NCBI RefSeq assembly: GCF_009914755.1
Contig: NC_060925.1
Source: the human T2T-CHM13v2.0 reference genome, Homo sapiens
DNA length: 64,000 nucleotides
Direction: 5' to 3' (one strand)
Below are positions 1 through 21,029 of the stretch, one piece after another. The notes beneath the pieces were generated by a model. That model was not told the DNA's origin, searched no databases, and was given only the letters and a program-made list of their open reading frames with translations. Every line of letters starts with the position of its first letter. Positions within the stretch are counted from its first letter, which is position 1. A program made the position numbers and the translations under genes.

Positions 1-1
1 A

Positions 2-389
<388 letters not shown>

Positions 390-1065
390 ACCTGTGGCAC
401 TTTTAAAATAGATGCCTTACACTCAGGAATCTAGCTAAAAGCTCAAACCTATGCATATTCATGGTGGTGTTGGAGGTTGAATCAACTGTAGTGACGTGAA
501 TCATCTCTTTTCTCCCATTTACTCAATGATTAGCTTTCTTCTTATGGTGTAAGGCATTTATCATTGGCGTATTAAATAGTGTATAAGACACCCAAATCTA
601 ATGTTAACCCAATACTTTAATATGAACGTTATGATCAGTAGGTAGTATCTTAGATGATACATTTAATCACAGACAAAACAAAAACCTATCTGTATATGAT
701 ATTAAGAGGAGCACAGAATTGGATAAAGTAGGGTTTATCTTAGTCGGAGACCAAATGGTTTTGATATGTGGTTCCTAGACCAGCAGCATCAGTAGCAACT
801 GGAAATGTGAGATGAACATTCTGAAACACACATCTGGTCAAGAACCACTGTTTTAATAGCTTTAACCACAAAACATCCACATTGTTCCCTAAAGTTATGC
901 TAAGAGTAAAACGAGTAACTGGTTAACTGCCCATGATACATCAATTTAATGGAAAATTATGCAACTGTCAACAAGAATAAGCATATCTATATGTATTGAT
1001 ATAAAACAATCTCTAATATAGTGTTAAGTGAAATAAGCAATATGCAGAACTTAAAAATACTTTTT

Positions 1066-1360
1066 AGCCGGGCACGGTGGCTCACGCCTGTAATCCCAGC
1101 ACTGGGAAGCCAAGGCAGGCAGACTGCTTGAGCCCAGGAGTTCAAGACCAACCTGAATGACATGGTGAGACCCTGTCTCTATGAAAAACACAAAAACTAG
1201 CTGGGCATTGGTGGTGTGCGCCTGTAATCCTAGCTACTCAGGAGGCTGAGATGGGAGGATCACTTGGGCCCGGGAGGCGGAGGTTGCAGTGAGCCAAGAT
1301 TACGCCACAGCACTCCAGCCTGGGCTAGAGTGAGACCCTGTCTCTAAATAAATAAATAAA
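1066..1360 (+). mobile_element. Alu (AluJ-like)
   Basis: GCCGGGCACGGTGGCTCACGCC start and a (TAAA)n tail. Confidence 0.95.
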
Positions 1361-1454
1361 TCTAAAAAATTTAAAGGGGGCATGTGTCTGTATGTATGTA
1401 TACTTTACACAGTAACAGAATATCTCTTAAAAAACATAAGAAATTAGTAGCTGA

Positions 1455-1810
<356 letters not shown>

Positions 1811-2173
1811 CTGGAAGAAATATTTTTCACTACATGTTTTTGTACTGTTTGCATGTTACATTAAGTGCATGTATTATTAATTCAGGTTAATTAATTTAAA
1901 AATTTAAGTTTAAGGGCAAAAAGAACCACTACTTTAGAGAGAATGGAGATACTAGCAAGTAAAATATATGAAAGAGCTAGTTGGAAAGGAAGCCAAGCAT
2001 GGAGTAGAACGTGGGGCCGTCAGCTGCTAAAGGGTACTGAGCGTTAATGGAGGGCGGAGCAGGAAGAAAAGTCAGACCTGGCAAAAAGATCATCTTCCCT
2101 CCATATCCTTTCTGAGGTAATATTAGGTAAACTGAGACCTGGACCAGAGGGCTCAATTATATCCATAGTCACC

Positions 2174-2179
2174 TTTATT
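2174..2179 (-). terminator. PSMB2: Proximal polyadenylation signal AATAAA of PSMB2
   Basis: tttatt on the + strand, about 100 nt past the stop codon. It is the only canonical AATAAA I found on the minus strand between the stop and the window edge. Confidence 0.75.
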
Positions 2180-2281
2180 CTGAATTAACCATTTATCAAG
2201 AGTGCGCCTGAAAAGAGTAGAAAAAAATAAAGGAGCCCATCAAAAAAAAGTTCCCTGGCAAGTGGGAGGGAGGACATGATG

Positions 2282-2455
<174 letters not shown>

Positions 2456-2782
2456 CTAGACACTGGGGATACAAGCAAACAAAAATCCCTGCTTTTGTGG
2501 AACTGATATTCTACTGGAGGCAGTTGGCAGTAGGGCACTAGTACTCTAGTGGTAGAGGGTACCCAAACAGCAGCTGGAGGATGACTGGGAGGCAGGGAGG
2601 CTGAACTGGGAGGTGCAACTAAGAGCCTGTCTCTGGTCAGTCAGCTGACGAAAGAATGAGACAATCCAGTGTTCTGTTCCCCATAGTCTGTTACCCATCA
2701 GTCTGGTAAACACAGACGTCTCTCTTAAAATGTCTCAAGATAATAAGCTAACAAAGAGTGATTGTCCTCAGAACGAAGCAGA

Positions 2783-3059
2783 GGCCAGGAGCTGTGGCTC
2801 AGGCCTGTAATTGGGAGGTTGAGGTGGAAGAATATCTTGAGCCCAGGAGTTCAAGACCAGCCTAGGTAACATAGCAAGACCCCATCTCTTAAAAATAAAA
2901 TGAGCTGGGCATGGTGGTGCCTGTCTGTAGTCTCAGCTACTTGGGAGGATCGCTTGAGTTCCAGAAATCCAGGCTGCAGTGAGCTATGATGGTGCCACTG
3001 CACTCCACTCCAGCCTGGGCAACAAAGTGAGATCCATCTCTTAAAAAAAAAAAAAAAAA
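2783..3059 (+). mobile_element. Alu (AluJ-like, internally deleted)
   Basis: Degenerate Alu dimer with poly-A tail. Confidence 0.9.
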
Positions 3060-3427
3060 GCGGGGGGTGGGGTGGGCACTGTGGACTGAAAACAAAAGGT
3101 TTGTGTAAGAAGCAAACTGACATTACTCCCAACGCTCCTGCTCTTATCTTCCTACTCTCTTACTAAACCACGAGGTCAAGTTCATCCTTAAGCCACAGGA
3201 ACAGTAAAAGAATGAAAAAAACTAATGTGGCTGGTTTTTGACCTCCCCATTCCCCCATTCTCCATCTATACCCAAAGCCTTAGACTCTAAGGAGTAGTGT
3301 TAGAAAGGGTGTGTTCTGTAATCCTGTCCTCGCAAGCCAAAGTCTACTCTCCCCTTCTGCCCAAAGCTTCCTAGTTGCTTTCTATGGTCCTCCTGAATTC
3401 TTAGGGGAGGCTTTTTCTCACAGATTA

Positions 3428-3810
<383 letters not shown>

Positions 3811-3817
3811 GTCTAGA

Positions 3818-4010
3818 GCAGAAGTTCTTCAAGTACAGCCTCAGTTACCACCTGTAGGAAAATCACCTGGGACTGCCAGTTAAAGCAGAGCTTCCCAGTT
3901 TGTACCTCAGAACAGTGGACTCAGAATTGAGGGTTGGGGCAGAGATGGCAATCTGTTTAACAGGTTTCCCAGGTGATACTTACACACACTAAAATTTGAG
4001 AACCACTGGT
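3818..4010. mobile_element. MER5-like hAT DNA transposon relic
   Basis: AATCACCTGGG...CCCAGGTGAT internal inverted motif and TTTGAGAACCACTG end. Confidence 0.65.
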
Positions 4011-4247
4011 TTGGATAAACCAGAAAGAATTAAATTATAAAACTGACATTGAGGAGGTAATCTGTGAGAGAAAAGTGAGCTTGCTATCCACACCAAACTC
4101 TATCCCTGGTAGCAACTTCACATCTGGTTAGTGGGTATGTATTACACCTTCTGGCAAAAATCTGAAAAAATATAACTGAGGAACAGGAACAACACTGGCA
4201 AACAGAGAGACAAACATTCCTTTCAGGATCCTATGGGAACTACTCAC

Positions 4248-4297
4248 CTCCTCCAGACATTTCCTAAGGAGTTCCACTGCCCTCTCACGTGAGATAG
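4248..4297 (-). CDS. PSMB2: PSMB2 coding exon 5 (50 nt; TISRERAVELLRKCLEE)
   Basis: Acceptor TTCTCTTTCAG|CT and donor GAG|GTGAGT. The peptide is visible inside ORF 4128..4376. Confidence 0.97.
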
Positions 4298-5202
4298 CTG
4301 AAAGAGAACACAGAGACCAAATACTTCCGGTGCTGTCATTATATCCAACTCTCAGAAGCTTTTGATTAAGTTCCAAATCTGGCTTCTTCAGGTCTCAGTG
4401 CCACACAAACGTAAAAGGCAAAAAATGCTTTGCCTTCTAGCCTGCAATCAACTTACTCCACATGCAGCTGGGGGGGCCCCAGACCCAGTGCTCCAGCAGC
4501 TATAAGCCATTGCAAATTGATTTGCTACAGTAAAGGGTGAGCATGAAGGAATTCTGCCTCCCCTGGCCAGGGCCCACCTCTGAAGAAGTCCAGCAGCCTG
4601 TCTCTCTTTATCATAACCCACCCCTTTCACTCCCCCTTAGTCCAGGGTTTGAATCAATTCCATCTGCCCCAGTCAGCTGCAAATCAGGGAAAGAGACGAT
4701 GGGGTCAGAATTTCAGCCTTGTTTTCCCAGCTGGGTCTCTGTTTAACAATGGGAAGAGAATTCATAGGATGGGGCTGAGACTCTCCCCAAATAGGAGCCA
4801 AAGGAACTGTCTGTGGGCGTGGCAAACTGGGACGACATGTTATGCACTCAGGCTTCAGGGGTGGCTAGTAGTTATTTTGGTGGGCAAATCAGCTGTATTA
4901 CTGACAGATGCCAAATCAAGAAAGTCACTGGGAGGCCAGGCTAATTCTTTTCAGGATGTGGCCTGGAGCTCTAGCGTGGCTAAGGTTGAGCGAGAGGGCA
5001 GCACCAAAAAAGAATGAACATGCCAGATTCTTACGATACTGACAGTGAAGAATGGAATGTAAGGAGAGAAGTGGTTATCTGTGCTTCATCTATAGTCTGT
5101 AAAAGCTAAGAATTCCAAAGTACCCACTGCCCACAGAGGCTAAAGTCGAGGTTAGGACTGGGGTCAGAAGATGGAACTTAGCACAAAAGCATCCCTGTGT
5201 CT

Positions 5203-7649
<2,447 letters not shown>

Positions 7650-8252
7650 AAAAGCATCCCTGTATCTGAAGTTTTGCCAAACTGACGCTTTACGGACAAG
7701 TAGAGCGACGGCTTTTTCTTTCAAGAGGAGGCAGCCATTAGGTGACAACCAAGGGAAGGCTCAGATTTGTAGCCTTAGAAAGCTTTGATGTTTAAGCAAA
7801 GAAACCTTCAGTTGTCATGCTGGGGACCTGTTCATCCTTGCAAGTTCCAAACAAATATACAGCTACTTGCTTTACCCACTCATTCTTTACTGAGATGCCA
7901 AAAATCTAGGCAAAGCAAAATAAGTGAAAAAACTTGAACTCTTAGAAATGAAGGATTTTAGAACCCAATAAAAATGTTTTATTCACTGTGACATCTATTC
8001 CAATCCTCCTTCAAAACAAAACCCAGCTCTAGAGATATGTACTATCTCATTTTGAATGGCAAAAAATAGAACTTACATCAGCTTTTGGAAGACCCTACTG
8101 ACTGACAGAAGAGTGCAGCTTCCAGAGGGGAACCTGGTTATGCTTCTTAGGATCCATCCTATTCAAGCCCTGGCCACCCAACTCCAAGAGTGGACAAACC
8201 TGGGAAGCAGCTGAGGGCAGGGCTCTGCCACTGCTCCCTCCCTAGAGTATTA

Positions 8253-8453
<201 letters not shown>

Positions 8454-8719
8454 CTAAAGCAGAACACCAACATCTCTTCCCATGGCAAATGAGAATATTC
8501 TGACTCTTCATGAGAAAGAAAATATTAGCAGCAACTGAGTAAATCACAATGAAAGTAAAAATGTAGGGAAATCTAGAGGACCTGGAGTATGGTAACAGGT
8601 CAAGGGACGTCAGCTTGTTCTCTTTGAAAGGAAGGGCATTTGGAGCACTTTAAGGTATATGAAAAAGCTGCCATCTTCTTAAAGTCTATGGATGAGAACC
8701 TGTATAAAAGCACTTCTTC

Positions 8720-8965
8720 AAAAAGTATTTGATAGCAAAACAGAGTGACTATAGTTAATAATAGCTTAACTGTATATTTTAAAATAACTAAAAGAGTATA
8801 ATTGGGTTGTCTGTCACACAAAGGAGAAATGATTGAGGTGAGAGATACCCCATTTACCCTGATGTGATTATTACACATTGTATGCCTGTATCAAAATATC
8901 CCATATACCCAATATATATATACACACATACGATGAACGCACAAAAATTTAAAATAAAAAAAAAT
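8720..8965 (+). mobile_element. L1 3'-end fragment (L1MA/L1PB-like)
   Basis: GATACCCCATTTACCCTGATGTGATTATTACACATTGTATGCCTGTATCAAAATATC motif and A-rich tail. Confidence 0.8.
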
Positions 8966-9171
8966 TTTGCAAGCACTGCAAAGGCAAAGCATAGGTGCTC
9001 TTTTGTCATTCCTAATTGTTGAAACCAACGAACAATTCTGAGAATGCCAGGCCACTGACTGAAAAAAGCAGATGCTCCAACCACATCAAATGAAATAAAC
9101 AAACTCAGTCTGGGCATCTGGACCAATCCCAAATGGTAAACTGCATGCCCACTACTAAAGAAACAACTTAT

Positions 9172-9815
<644 letters not shown>

Positions 9816-10339
9816 TCAAATATTTAAATCAAATCACCAGACTTAACTGAAAAGTAATTTTGAGACAAATAAAAAGCAACAAAAAATAATTATAACTTGG
9901 ATTTATAGGTATCCTTTCTTTGTATTACCTGCAAATCTAAAAACATAAGTTTTATAGAGAACCATGACTGAGTCTGCGTTGCTCTTCATCTCCAAATGGA
10001 TGATTTTTTTTTTCTACACCAGCTGCGCCATTTACCATGTTAAATTCAGTCTGTCTATGCCCCCAGGCATCAGGGGTGGGACTTCCATTTTATATGGCTT
10101 TCTTTTTCTCTGCAGGATGTGTTTCTCCTCTTGCCTTTGCTTCAGCGGGTAGTAAGCAGGCCTTGCCCATGGATATGTCCCCATCCCTAAATTTGTCTAT
10201 GTATTTAATTAAACGCACAGTAAGTGAGACACCTCATTATGAAGCATGAAGTGTAATAGCTAATGGTCCTAAAAGTGGCATTTAACATTCTTTGAACACT
10301 GATTAACACGGCCACTTGGCAGCCTTAAAAAACTCATGG

Positions 10340-10984
<645 letters not shown>

Positions 10985-12271
10985 ATGAAACTCATATTAT
11001 ATACTTACTTGGAATTCTAAGCCAGCTGTGCTAAGTAGAAAGGGTTCCTAACATCGCCTGGAGATTACAGAGTAGTCCTCACCTCCAAATAAGTTTCTGT
11101 TTTAGTGATAGGACAGTGGGTAGTCCCAGAGAGAAATAAGTTGACCAGCAGTCAAGACTTCTGAGAAAATAATTATCTGCCTATTGTATTTCCCAATGAG
11201 TAGCGTGCGGCACTCTGCCAAGCTCTGGAATTCTCTGTGCATTCTGAGTACCTTCTTAGTAAAGCTGACCTTAGGCAAAAAACTTAACCCCTATGAGCTT
11301 CTGGGTTTTTTTTTTTTTAACATGTAAAACTGGGTTAATTAATCTTTCTCCTTTCTATCTTCTAGGAAATATAATGAGAAAAAATAATAACGGTAAAACA
11401 ACCCAAACTCTGGAAGAAAAGATGCTACCAAAATTCCTACTACATAACTACATCCCAGTCTCTTTTTGAAAGCTTATCACTTTAAACAACAACAAACCTG
11501 CTTAAATTAGCTACAGATTTTAAAAATGCTATTAGTTATATATAAGTGTGAAAACAGTACTGCAAAATCTGGCAGACATAGAATACCTTGGTGTTCTTAC
11601 AGTTAAAATTAGAAGAGAGAAAGAGGGAGGAAAAGAGGCAGAATAGCAAAGAGAAACTGGTATCCCTCCCCAAGAGAATTAATAATACAGTCTTTTACCT
11701 ATCACAAAGTAAGTTAAATCTTTTTGCTAAGAGGATAATCTCTACTCTTCTCTACTAACTAGCCAGAACACTCACTGTATACTTAGCCAAGACAATTTCA
11801 TCAAGTTGCAATGGTATATTAAGTATTCCCCCAGATACTCAAAGAGGCCTTGTTAGAACCCAGATGTTTTGTCTTCAATGAAGATCTTGTCCATACTATG
11901 AGATTAAATTGTTTAGAACAATAAATGTTATTTAAAATCCACTACCAGAAAATTTTAGATGAAATAGGATGTCAACAGAATTTCAGAAGCAAACTCCATC
12001 ACTTAATTGGTCTATATAGTATCATTTACTCATGCTTAGGCATCTGACGCACACATATACTTACCAAAGTTGGTATTCAGAAGCTACAACTCCTGGTATT
12101 GAAGATAACTCACAAATTATTGTGTGACTTTGAATTACCAACTTTTGCATGTGTGAGATGCTTAAGCATAAATAAATGGTGTTATCTAGACTAATTAAAT
12201 CAATACATCTGTGCAACAACTTGCAGTTTGTAAAATTCTTCTGACAATGCTCCACCAAAGATCTCTGGCTT

Positions 12272-12545
12272 GGCTGAGCACAGTGGCCCATGCCTGTAAT
12301 CCCGCACTTTGGGAGGCCAAGGTGAGAGGACTGCTTGAGCCTAGGAGTTCAAGACCAGTGTAGGCAAGATGGCAAGACCCTGTCTCTATGGGAAAAAAAA
12401 AAAAAAATCTAGGTTAGGGGGCTACTTGGAAGGCTGAGGCAGGAGGATCCTTAAGCCCCGGCATACAGTGAACTATGATCCCCCCACTGTACTACAGACT
12501 GACTAGCAACAGAGTAAGACCCTATTTCTACCAAATAAAAAGAAA
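12272..12545 (+). mobile_element. Degenerate AluJ
   Basis: Left arm, A-rich linker and decayed right arm. Confidence 0.85.
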
Positions 12546-14615
12546 AGTCACTAAACAAATGTGAGAAAGCAATAAGTGCTACTTCTGAGAAGTGGTTCAA
12601 GTTTAAGTCAACTGCCAGCATCTCCATGAATGTACATCTATTGTTGCTTTTTGCTAGGCTTGGGTCCTTCTCTTTCTACCTCCCTCTAGACACAGGGTGC
12701 TAAGTAAAGAAAAGCTTAGGATACAGGCCAGGCATTCAGAACTGAACAAAGAGGAGACCAATAGCATAAATAAATAAGAAAGAGTTGGGCTGTGACTTTA
12801 GAAAAGTTAGTCATTTAATCTCTCTGAATTTTAATTTCTCATTTAAAACATGGGATGATCCCTACTACAAAAGGGTTGCTGCAGTGAGGATTCCAAAAGA
12901 TAATGCATGTGGATAATAAGTGTAATGCCCGAAACAGTAAAGACTCTATAAACAATGCAAGTACTCAGGAGAAGCCCAACTACTTCTGGCACTGAGATAC
13001 GAGGGAAATTCCTATGTGTCTTCATAAAGGGATATGGAAGGATGTTAGTGCCCAGCACAGTGCCTGACACATGGTAGAAAAGCAGTCAGTAAATGAGTTT
13101 CCTCCTCTCTCATTCCTGGGACTCTTTCCAGGGGCCCTAGGGTAATGGTGTTCAGTGTCACAAGCATTTGTACTAGACACGTAGAGCATATCTACTTCAT
13201 GGTCAACCCTCCCTAACCATGTCATTTCTTCCCTTCCAAATGTGTCTACTCTGAGTGGTAAAGCTACTTTCTAGACAGTTTTTCATCAGTTCCCTTAGTT
13301 CCCCATGATGTTACATACTTAAGGATTTGCCTAATTATCTGGGGAAATGAAAACATTAATCAATAATGAGAGCACTGCCAGTGATCCTCTTGACAAAGAA
13401 TCTCTTACAAAGTAATCCTTCGCAAAGATTACCAAGAATCTTTTAAAATGAAATCTCTATTCTGTACATGATATAATCTAGCCTTTGGTTGTCTCCACTA
13501 TTCTAATTGTTTAGATAGTAAGTCTAAGTAGTAAGACAAAGTTTTGAGGTCCCCAAGGGGAAGAACTGCAACATACAAGACTAGGCTTCTTCCACACCAT
13601 AAGCTAAGACTGAACATTATATATAGTATTGAATTAACCTAAATATCCAAACATTCATCCAAGTGAACCCAAACATTTAGCTAAGATACTCTCTACCCAA
13701 AGGTCTTGGCAATCACCATCAATGGTCTGCAATGCAAACACCAACATGTTTAAAGTTGTGTCTAATTGATATACAAAGAAAAAATTTTAAATGAACCAGC
13801 CTGGGAATTCAGAATGAACTTCAGCTTCTAGCATGAGGTACCACCAAAATTTTGCCTCTTAATAGAAGGCAGTGAGGGTGGGGTGAGGACGAAACTAGAC
13901 AAATGTATCTTTTCCTCCTTTAATGAGTACATGAGTTTATTTTCACAGTGAAGTGCATTTAGGTCATTTTGAGATTTCTTCATCTGTATAATAAGGATAA
14001 TAAAAGTACCCATCATTATAAGGTTGTGGTAAGGTTTAGATAAATACATGTAAAGTGCTCAGTGCAATGCCTGATATATTGTAATAATGCAGATTGACTA
14101 TTACCACAACACTACCACCACCACTTTTAGGATTTGACTGCATTATCAACAGATTTGACTAGATAGTAAGATCAAGAAGTGGGCTACAGAGAGCCAATAA
14201 AATTGTCCAACTTTTGTTGGTTACTAAAAGATCAAATTTAAGAAGACAGGGGAATTGGCTGATAAGCACATCTCTTATGTACTTCTTTCCGAGACTGAAA
14301 TAGACTTCTTAAAAACTTCTGAGCATCTGAGTCCCACAGAACTGAGCTCAGTGCCACTTTGGACTCTTCTACATTTGGGGGTGGCGAGTGTGCACTGCAC
14401 ACAGGCAAACTTTACTTAAGTTAGATTAAGTGTTCCCTTCCCTCCAACTCTTGTGCATATGACTCCTTGTATATTCCCTCTCTTATGAAAAAGAAACACT
14501 GTAGTAACTAAGAGCGTGAAATTCCATAAATTTTACAGCTAAAGAGAATGGTTGTGATAAATACACTGAAACAACAAAATCAGCGACAAGAGTCTGAGCG
14601 GTGACAAGCAGCGGT

Positions 14616-14629
14616 GTGACATCTGGCGG
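14616..14629 (-). promoter_or_regulatory. CTCF-like motif CCGCCAGATGTCAC
   Basis: Resembles the CTCF core and lies in a CpG-retaining unique patch of intron 3. Confidence 0.35.
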
Positions 14630-15409
14630 AAGCTAAAGTCACAGCAAGGGGGAGAGAGGTGGGCGTGAGGAAGCATCCTGCCAAGCGTGGACACAGAAAA
14701 AGAGAGGAATTGACAGTCTTCCTTTGGAGCCAGGCCAGCCTTTGCCACCTCTAATTGAATGGGACGACACTGCTATGAGTGAGGTGCTTTGGAGAATGGT
14801 GCAATTTCTTTTTTGATGTGTTGCACCTTGGAATGCTAAGCAGTGTGTGAGGTCAGTAATTTGGAAGAAGATGCAGAACCACCAATGAGACAAATGAGTT
14901 TGTCTAGAGATGAGTGTTTTCATAAACAGACTTCTAAATATACTAAACAGAGACTGGACTTTGAAAGGAACAGTACATCTGCTATTTCTTTTAGTCCAGG
15001 GGATTGTCAAAACTGCCTAAAATTCCATCTTTAGCACTGAGAGGATTTCATGAAAATGCAATTTACAGACTTAGATAGGATAGAAAACCTCAACTAGTTT
15101 ACCCAGTATCCCTTTTACAAATGTGGGGACTAAACTTCAAAGAGGAAACAGTAACTTGCCCTAAACCACACAGGTAATTAGCATCAAGGGTCAGGTCCAG
15201 AATTCAGGCCTCCCAACTGCAAGTCCTACATGCTTTTCCAGGAAATCATGCTGCCTCCACAAAATGGAAATTAGTGTAAAAATATGATTTGGTATGTAAA
15301 TGCAGTTTCACACTCATATATTTCAGAATGCACTATTTTGCATACTAGCATCTACTGCTCTCTATTTCACTTATCACATCTTTATATGACCAATAACATT
15401 TTAAGGATT

Positions 15410-15580
15410 TTGTTTGTTTATTTTGGGAGACAAGGTCTTGCTATTTTGCCCAAGCAAGTGCAGTGGCTATCCACAGGTGCAATCACAGCACACTATAGCC
15501 TCAAACTCCTGGGCTCAAGGGAATCCTACCTTAGCTTCCCAAGTAGCTGGGACTACAGGTGGGTGCCTCCATGTCTACCT
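15410..15580 (-). mobile_element. Alu monomer fragment
   Basis: Reverse Alu right-arm sequence. Confidence 0.8.
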
Positions 15581-15890
15581 AATATTTTAAGTTTTAAAAC
15601 AGCAAGTTTAAAATATCATACAATTACGACTCCTCTATAGGATCTAAAACTATGTGGTAGTTCAATAAATACCCATGATGATAGATTACCAACACCTTAA
15701 CTGCTTTGCCAATCCCCAATTTTTCAATTTCACTAATAAATAAAATGAATCAATTGTTATTTTCTTACACTAATGTTCTGAACTCTGGACTTTGTTTGCC
15801 ATAACTAAAAAAATTCACTAGCTATCTTTTTTGGGTGGGTTTGGTGGTATAATTTTAAAATCTCAATTTCAATTTTGCTATTTTAATTAA

Positions 15891-16417
<527 letters not shown>

Positions 16418-19400
16418 TAGATTCAATCTCTTTTAGCTTTAAGTAAAAAATACACAGTTTATAAAAGCCTTCAACCAAATTCCATGAGTTCCCTGGGACT
16501 ACAACATAGAATAATTATTAAATGGGCAGATGTCCCAACTAACTTCATTTCCACATTTGGAATGTGAATAAGTTCAATAAATGTTTATTTAGCATTTATT
16601 GTATGAGAAGCATCATGCGACATGATGAAGATGGGAGTCTGGATCTGGAAGGCACTCATAAGGTAGATGTGGATAGGAAGGACTCCAGATAGAGGAAACA
16701 GTATACGTGAAGACAAAGAAACAGAGGAATATGGAATGTCTGGATACTGGTGAACATGGGACACATACACCTGGAGAATTAGGTGACTTCAGCAGGAAGT
16801 AGGGAGAGAAACTGGGATGACACTGTCACTGGCCTCCTAAAGAATATTTACATTAGTATGTAAACCATACAGCAACCAGTGAACATTTGCCACTTCCATC
16901 CCTCTGCTGATCCAAGCCTTTTTTCATGACATAGCACATTGGTTAATTGGTGCCAAGGAACCCTGATGTCCCAGCCATTTTCCCTGCTTCTCTTAAATAG
17001 AAGACTTTTAGAAAGGAAATACAAAACAGATTGCCATTTTAGGATGGTAATTGACAGTTACATGAAAGATAGACCGGGATTAGGACTGAGAGGAAGGGCG
17101 GATGGTTAGAGGATCTACAATAGTCTACTCTAGACAGACGATGAGGACCAAACTAAGGAAAAAGTAGAGGGGGCGGAGAGAGAGGTATGAAATATGAGAT
17201 ATATTTAGAAGGTAGAAATGATGGAACTTCATAACAGTAGAAGAGGTGAGGGAGAAAGAAGAGTGAGGACTCTCAATAAGGGGGACAGTGGCAGTCCAAC
17301 TGAAAAGAGCTCAATTTGGACCTAATGAGCTTAAGCACAGTTGTCCAAAGACAGATGGGAAGAGAAAATAGTGTATAACCCAGGTCATGAGACTGAATGA
17401 AGAGCCAGCCAGTGAAGAGTTTCATTCATATGAACACATACAGTCTCACACTCGCACATGGAAGAAAGTAAAGAAAATGATTACAACGGGACACTATGGC
17501 AAAGGTATACCTAAGTTGCCATAAGAAATTGAGGGTGACATATGTGGTGGGGGGTGGGGGAGCAAATACAGAAAAAACTTCCCTGATAAACGCTGAGTTT
17601 AACTGGAACTGAAGAGCGAGCCACGTTAGGATGTTGGTGCATTCAAGGGGGAAGACTAGCAAAGTGCTGGAATGACAAAAGCAGAGGTGCGAGAGAGAAC
17701 CCAGGGCCGGTTAGGGTCCTGTTATCTACAGTTGCCACTCAGAGTGGAGAAGGTATGGAATTGGAAGTTGAAAACAATTTTCTCTTAATCTTGTGACGGA
17801 AAAAAAGTACAAATGTAAACTGATCAAAATCAGAATACTATAATGAGCTTCACAAACAAAAAGTTAAACACCTGACTTTCTTGTTCTTTCCTGTTCCAAA
17901 TGCATTTATTTTTTGTAGCACTAAAAAACAAACTGGCCCACGTTTATAAATTCTCATACTATACTGGGAAATAAGGAGGCAAGTGTGCCTCAAACAAAGC
18001 AAACCTTTCACTTCCAGAGGACCAAGACAAAATAAAAGAAACACTGCTCTGAAAATGAGACTGTCTAAACAATTTTTTCCTTTTTCTTTTCCTTGCCTTA
18101 GGTCATTCTCCGAAAGTATATTTGGTATACCTGTTTGATGCTGGCAGATCCAAAATAAAAATATAAAAATTGTCTTTGTTTTCCTTTAATAACAATTAGC
18201 TCATGTTCAAATGTTTTTGCTTAATACACTGGTAAAAACTCATATAACGGTTGAGTTCTTGAACTTAAGCTCAGGAATGTTGCTGCATTTACAACCAATA
18301 TTTTAAACTTTAAAAGAAAAACATCCTTTAAATTACTACTTGGATAAACTCTGCTTTTAAATGCCATAAGTCATATAAGATAGGCATGTACTTCTGTGAC
18401 AAAGCAATGAAAATCGAATGTGGCTTTATCACCTTACAGTTGTGTTACTTGAGATAGGCCACTTGGAGTCTTGAGTGCCCCATCTGTAATGTGGAGGACA
18501 GTACTGCTTGCTTGACAGAGCTGTGAGGAATTCAAGTGCTCACTCGTGTTAAAGTTCCTGGAAGAAGACTTGCTAAGTAGTAGGTGCCCAATAAATGTGA
18601 ATTTTACAACCAAAAAAATTTAAATATTGTGTATATTTCAATTTTTAACTAAATTAGATTTTAAAGGTCTCCTCAGTAATTCCAAAGTTACTATAAATTT
18701 TACTTCTCTAAAGCTATCAATGACTCCAAGTTTGATTGGTTTTCCTATTACAGTTGTAACTTATCGTAATTAGAAGTTTAGAAATTTAATGAGTTGAAAT
18801 GCAACATGGCACAGATGCCTTATTATACCAAATAGTTAACACAGTATTTGTTTTCTACATTAATTTTACTTGCTAATCAAAAATACTGCTTCCCCCCAAA
18901 TAACGTCAAAATAAAATTGCTGATTGTGCAATGATAAAACCAACACCATGTTTGCAACAAGGACACTTGAATTCTTTTTTTTTCATGAGCTGGCAGATTC
19001 TAGGAAAATTTAAGATTCCATATACCGTTAAGTCAGTTTTTAAAAATCTCAAATGCAGAAACCATGCTTTGCTACACGCTTGCACACTACAAGGCATATA
19101 TTAAGTTGTGCATGCTAAGCATGCCCATGAATATCTAATCTATGAATTCTGAACATCAAAGCTGATTCATCTCTCTGAGCTAATAAATAAGATGGTCTTC
19201 TAGAAAAGAGTAGTTAGGACTATATATGATGGTATATGTTTTCAGATATCCATAGAGTATTAAGGAAATTCTGAGGAAAAGACTATTTAGGAGCCCTTCT
19301 ATTAGAACCATGTTCCCCATTAGCACCCCAGATCCAACAAAAGTTATTGCTACGGCTTTAACTGACATGCAGGCCCCTCATTGGTCTCCCCGCTTCCTTC

Positions 19401-19516
19401 ATTCTTTCCCCAAATGCTCCATCAAAGAACAGCCAACGAGCTAATGATCTTACCAATCTCATCTGATCATGCTAACACCCTCTTAGCCAACAGGCTTCCA
19501 GAGAGGCCCACTGCTT

Positions 19517-20017
<501 letters not shown>

Positions 20018-20647
20018 TAAATAAATAAATATATATATTTATATTTGTTTTTAATCAGTAGAGCCCTATTTTGTACACAGTATCCCACAACAGATGAACT
20101 TATGAGGAGGCCCAGAGAAGTATTTATCCCTGCCTTGACTACTGTTAACAAATCACTGTGCCTAACCTAACATACTCTCAAACACCTTGGTCTGTGCTTT
20201 CAGTTTGCCCTTTTGTTTCATCTTTGCATTCATGACAGCAAGTCCTTTGAGGCTCAGGTTAGGCTCTGTGCTCCCAGAGTACCCTGTGTATATGGCTATC
20301 TTAGCACTTGTCACTCTGCAGTGCAATTGACTGTTTACTCCTCCATTTCTCCATCTGAAGGCCCACATTGAGGTGTGCACCTTTGTTTCCTCAGCCCCAA
20401 GGACAATGCAGGCTGGAGACTGGCTGAATGAATATCAGCAGGTATGGAACATCCTGGCTGTAAGAAACCACATCCATCAGGAAGCGTCAGAAAAGGAAGT
20501 GTAGAATTCTGCTGGATCATTTCAGTTTACAAAGACTCAGAGACTATTATCTCCTTTCTTCTTTCCAATCAGTTAATCCTATTTGCTCTGTTGTCTACAT
20601 TCAAAAGTAATGGTAAATCTGGCCCTTTTTTTTTCATTTTTAGGTTA

Positions 20648-21029
<382 letters not shown>

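Noticed and set aside
4128-4376. 82-aa ORF containing ISRERAVELLRKCLEE
   Set aside because: It is exon 5 read through into flanking introns, not a separate gene.
19108-19127. GTGCATGCTAAGCATGCCC as a p53 response element
   Set aside because: The CATG cores are 5 nt apart instead of 6, so only one good half-site is present.
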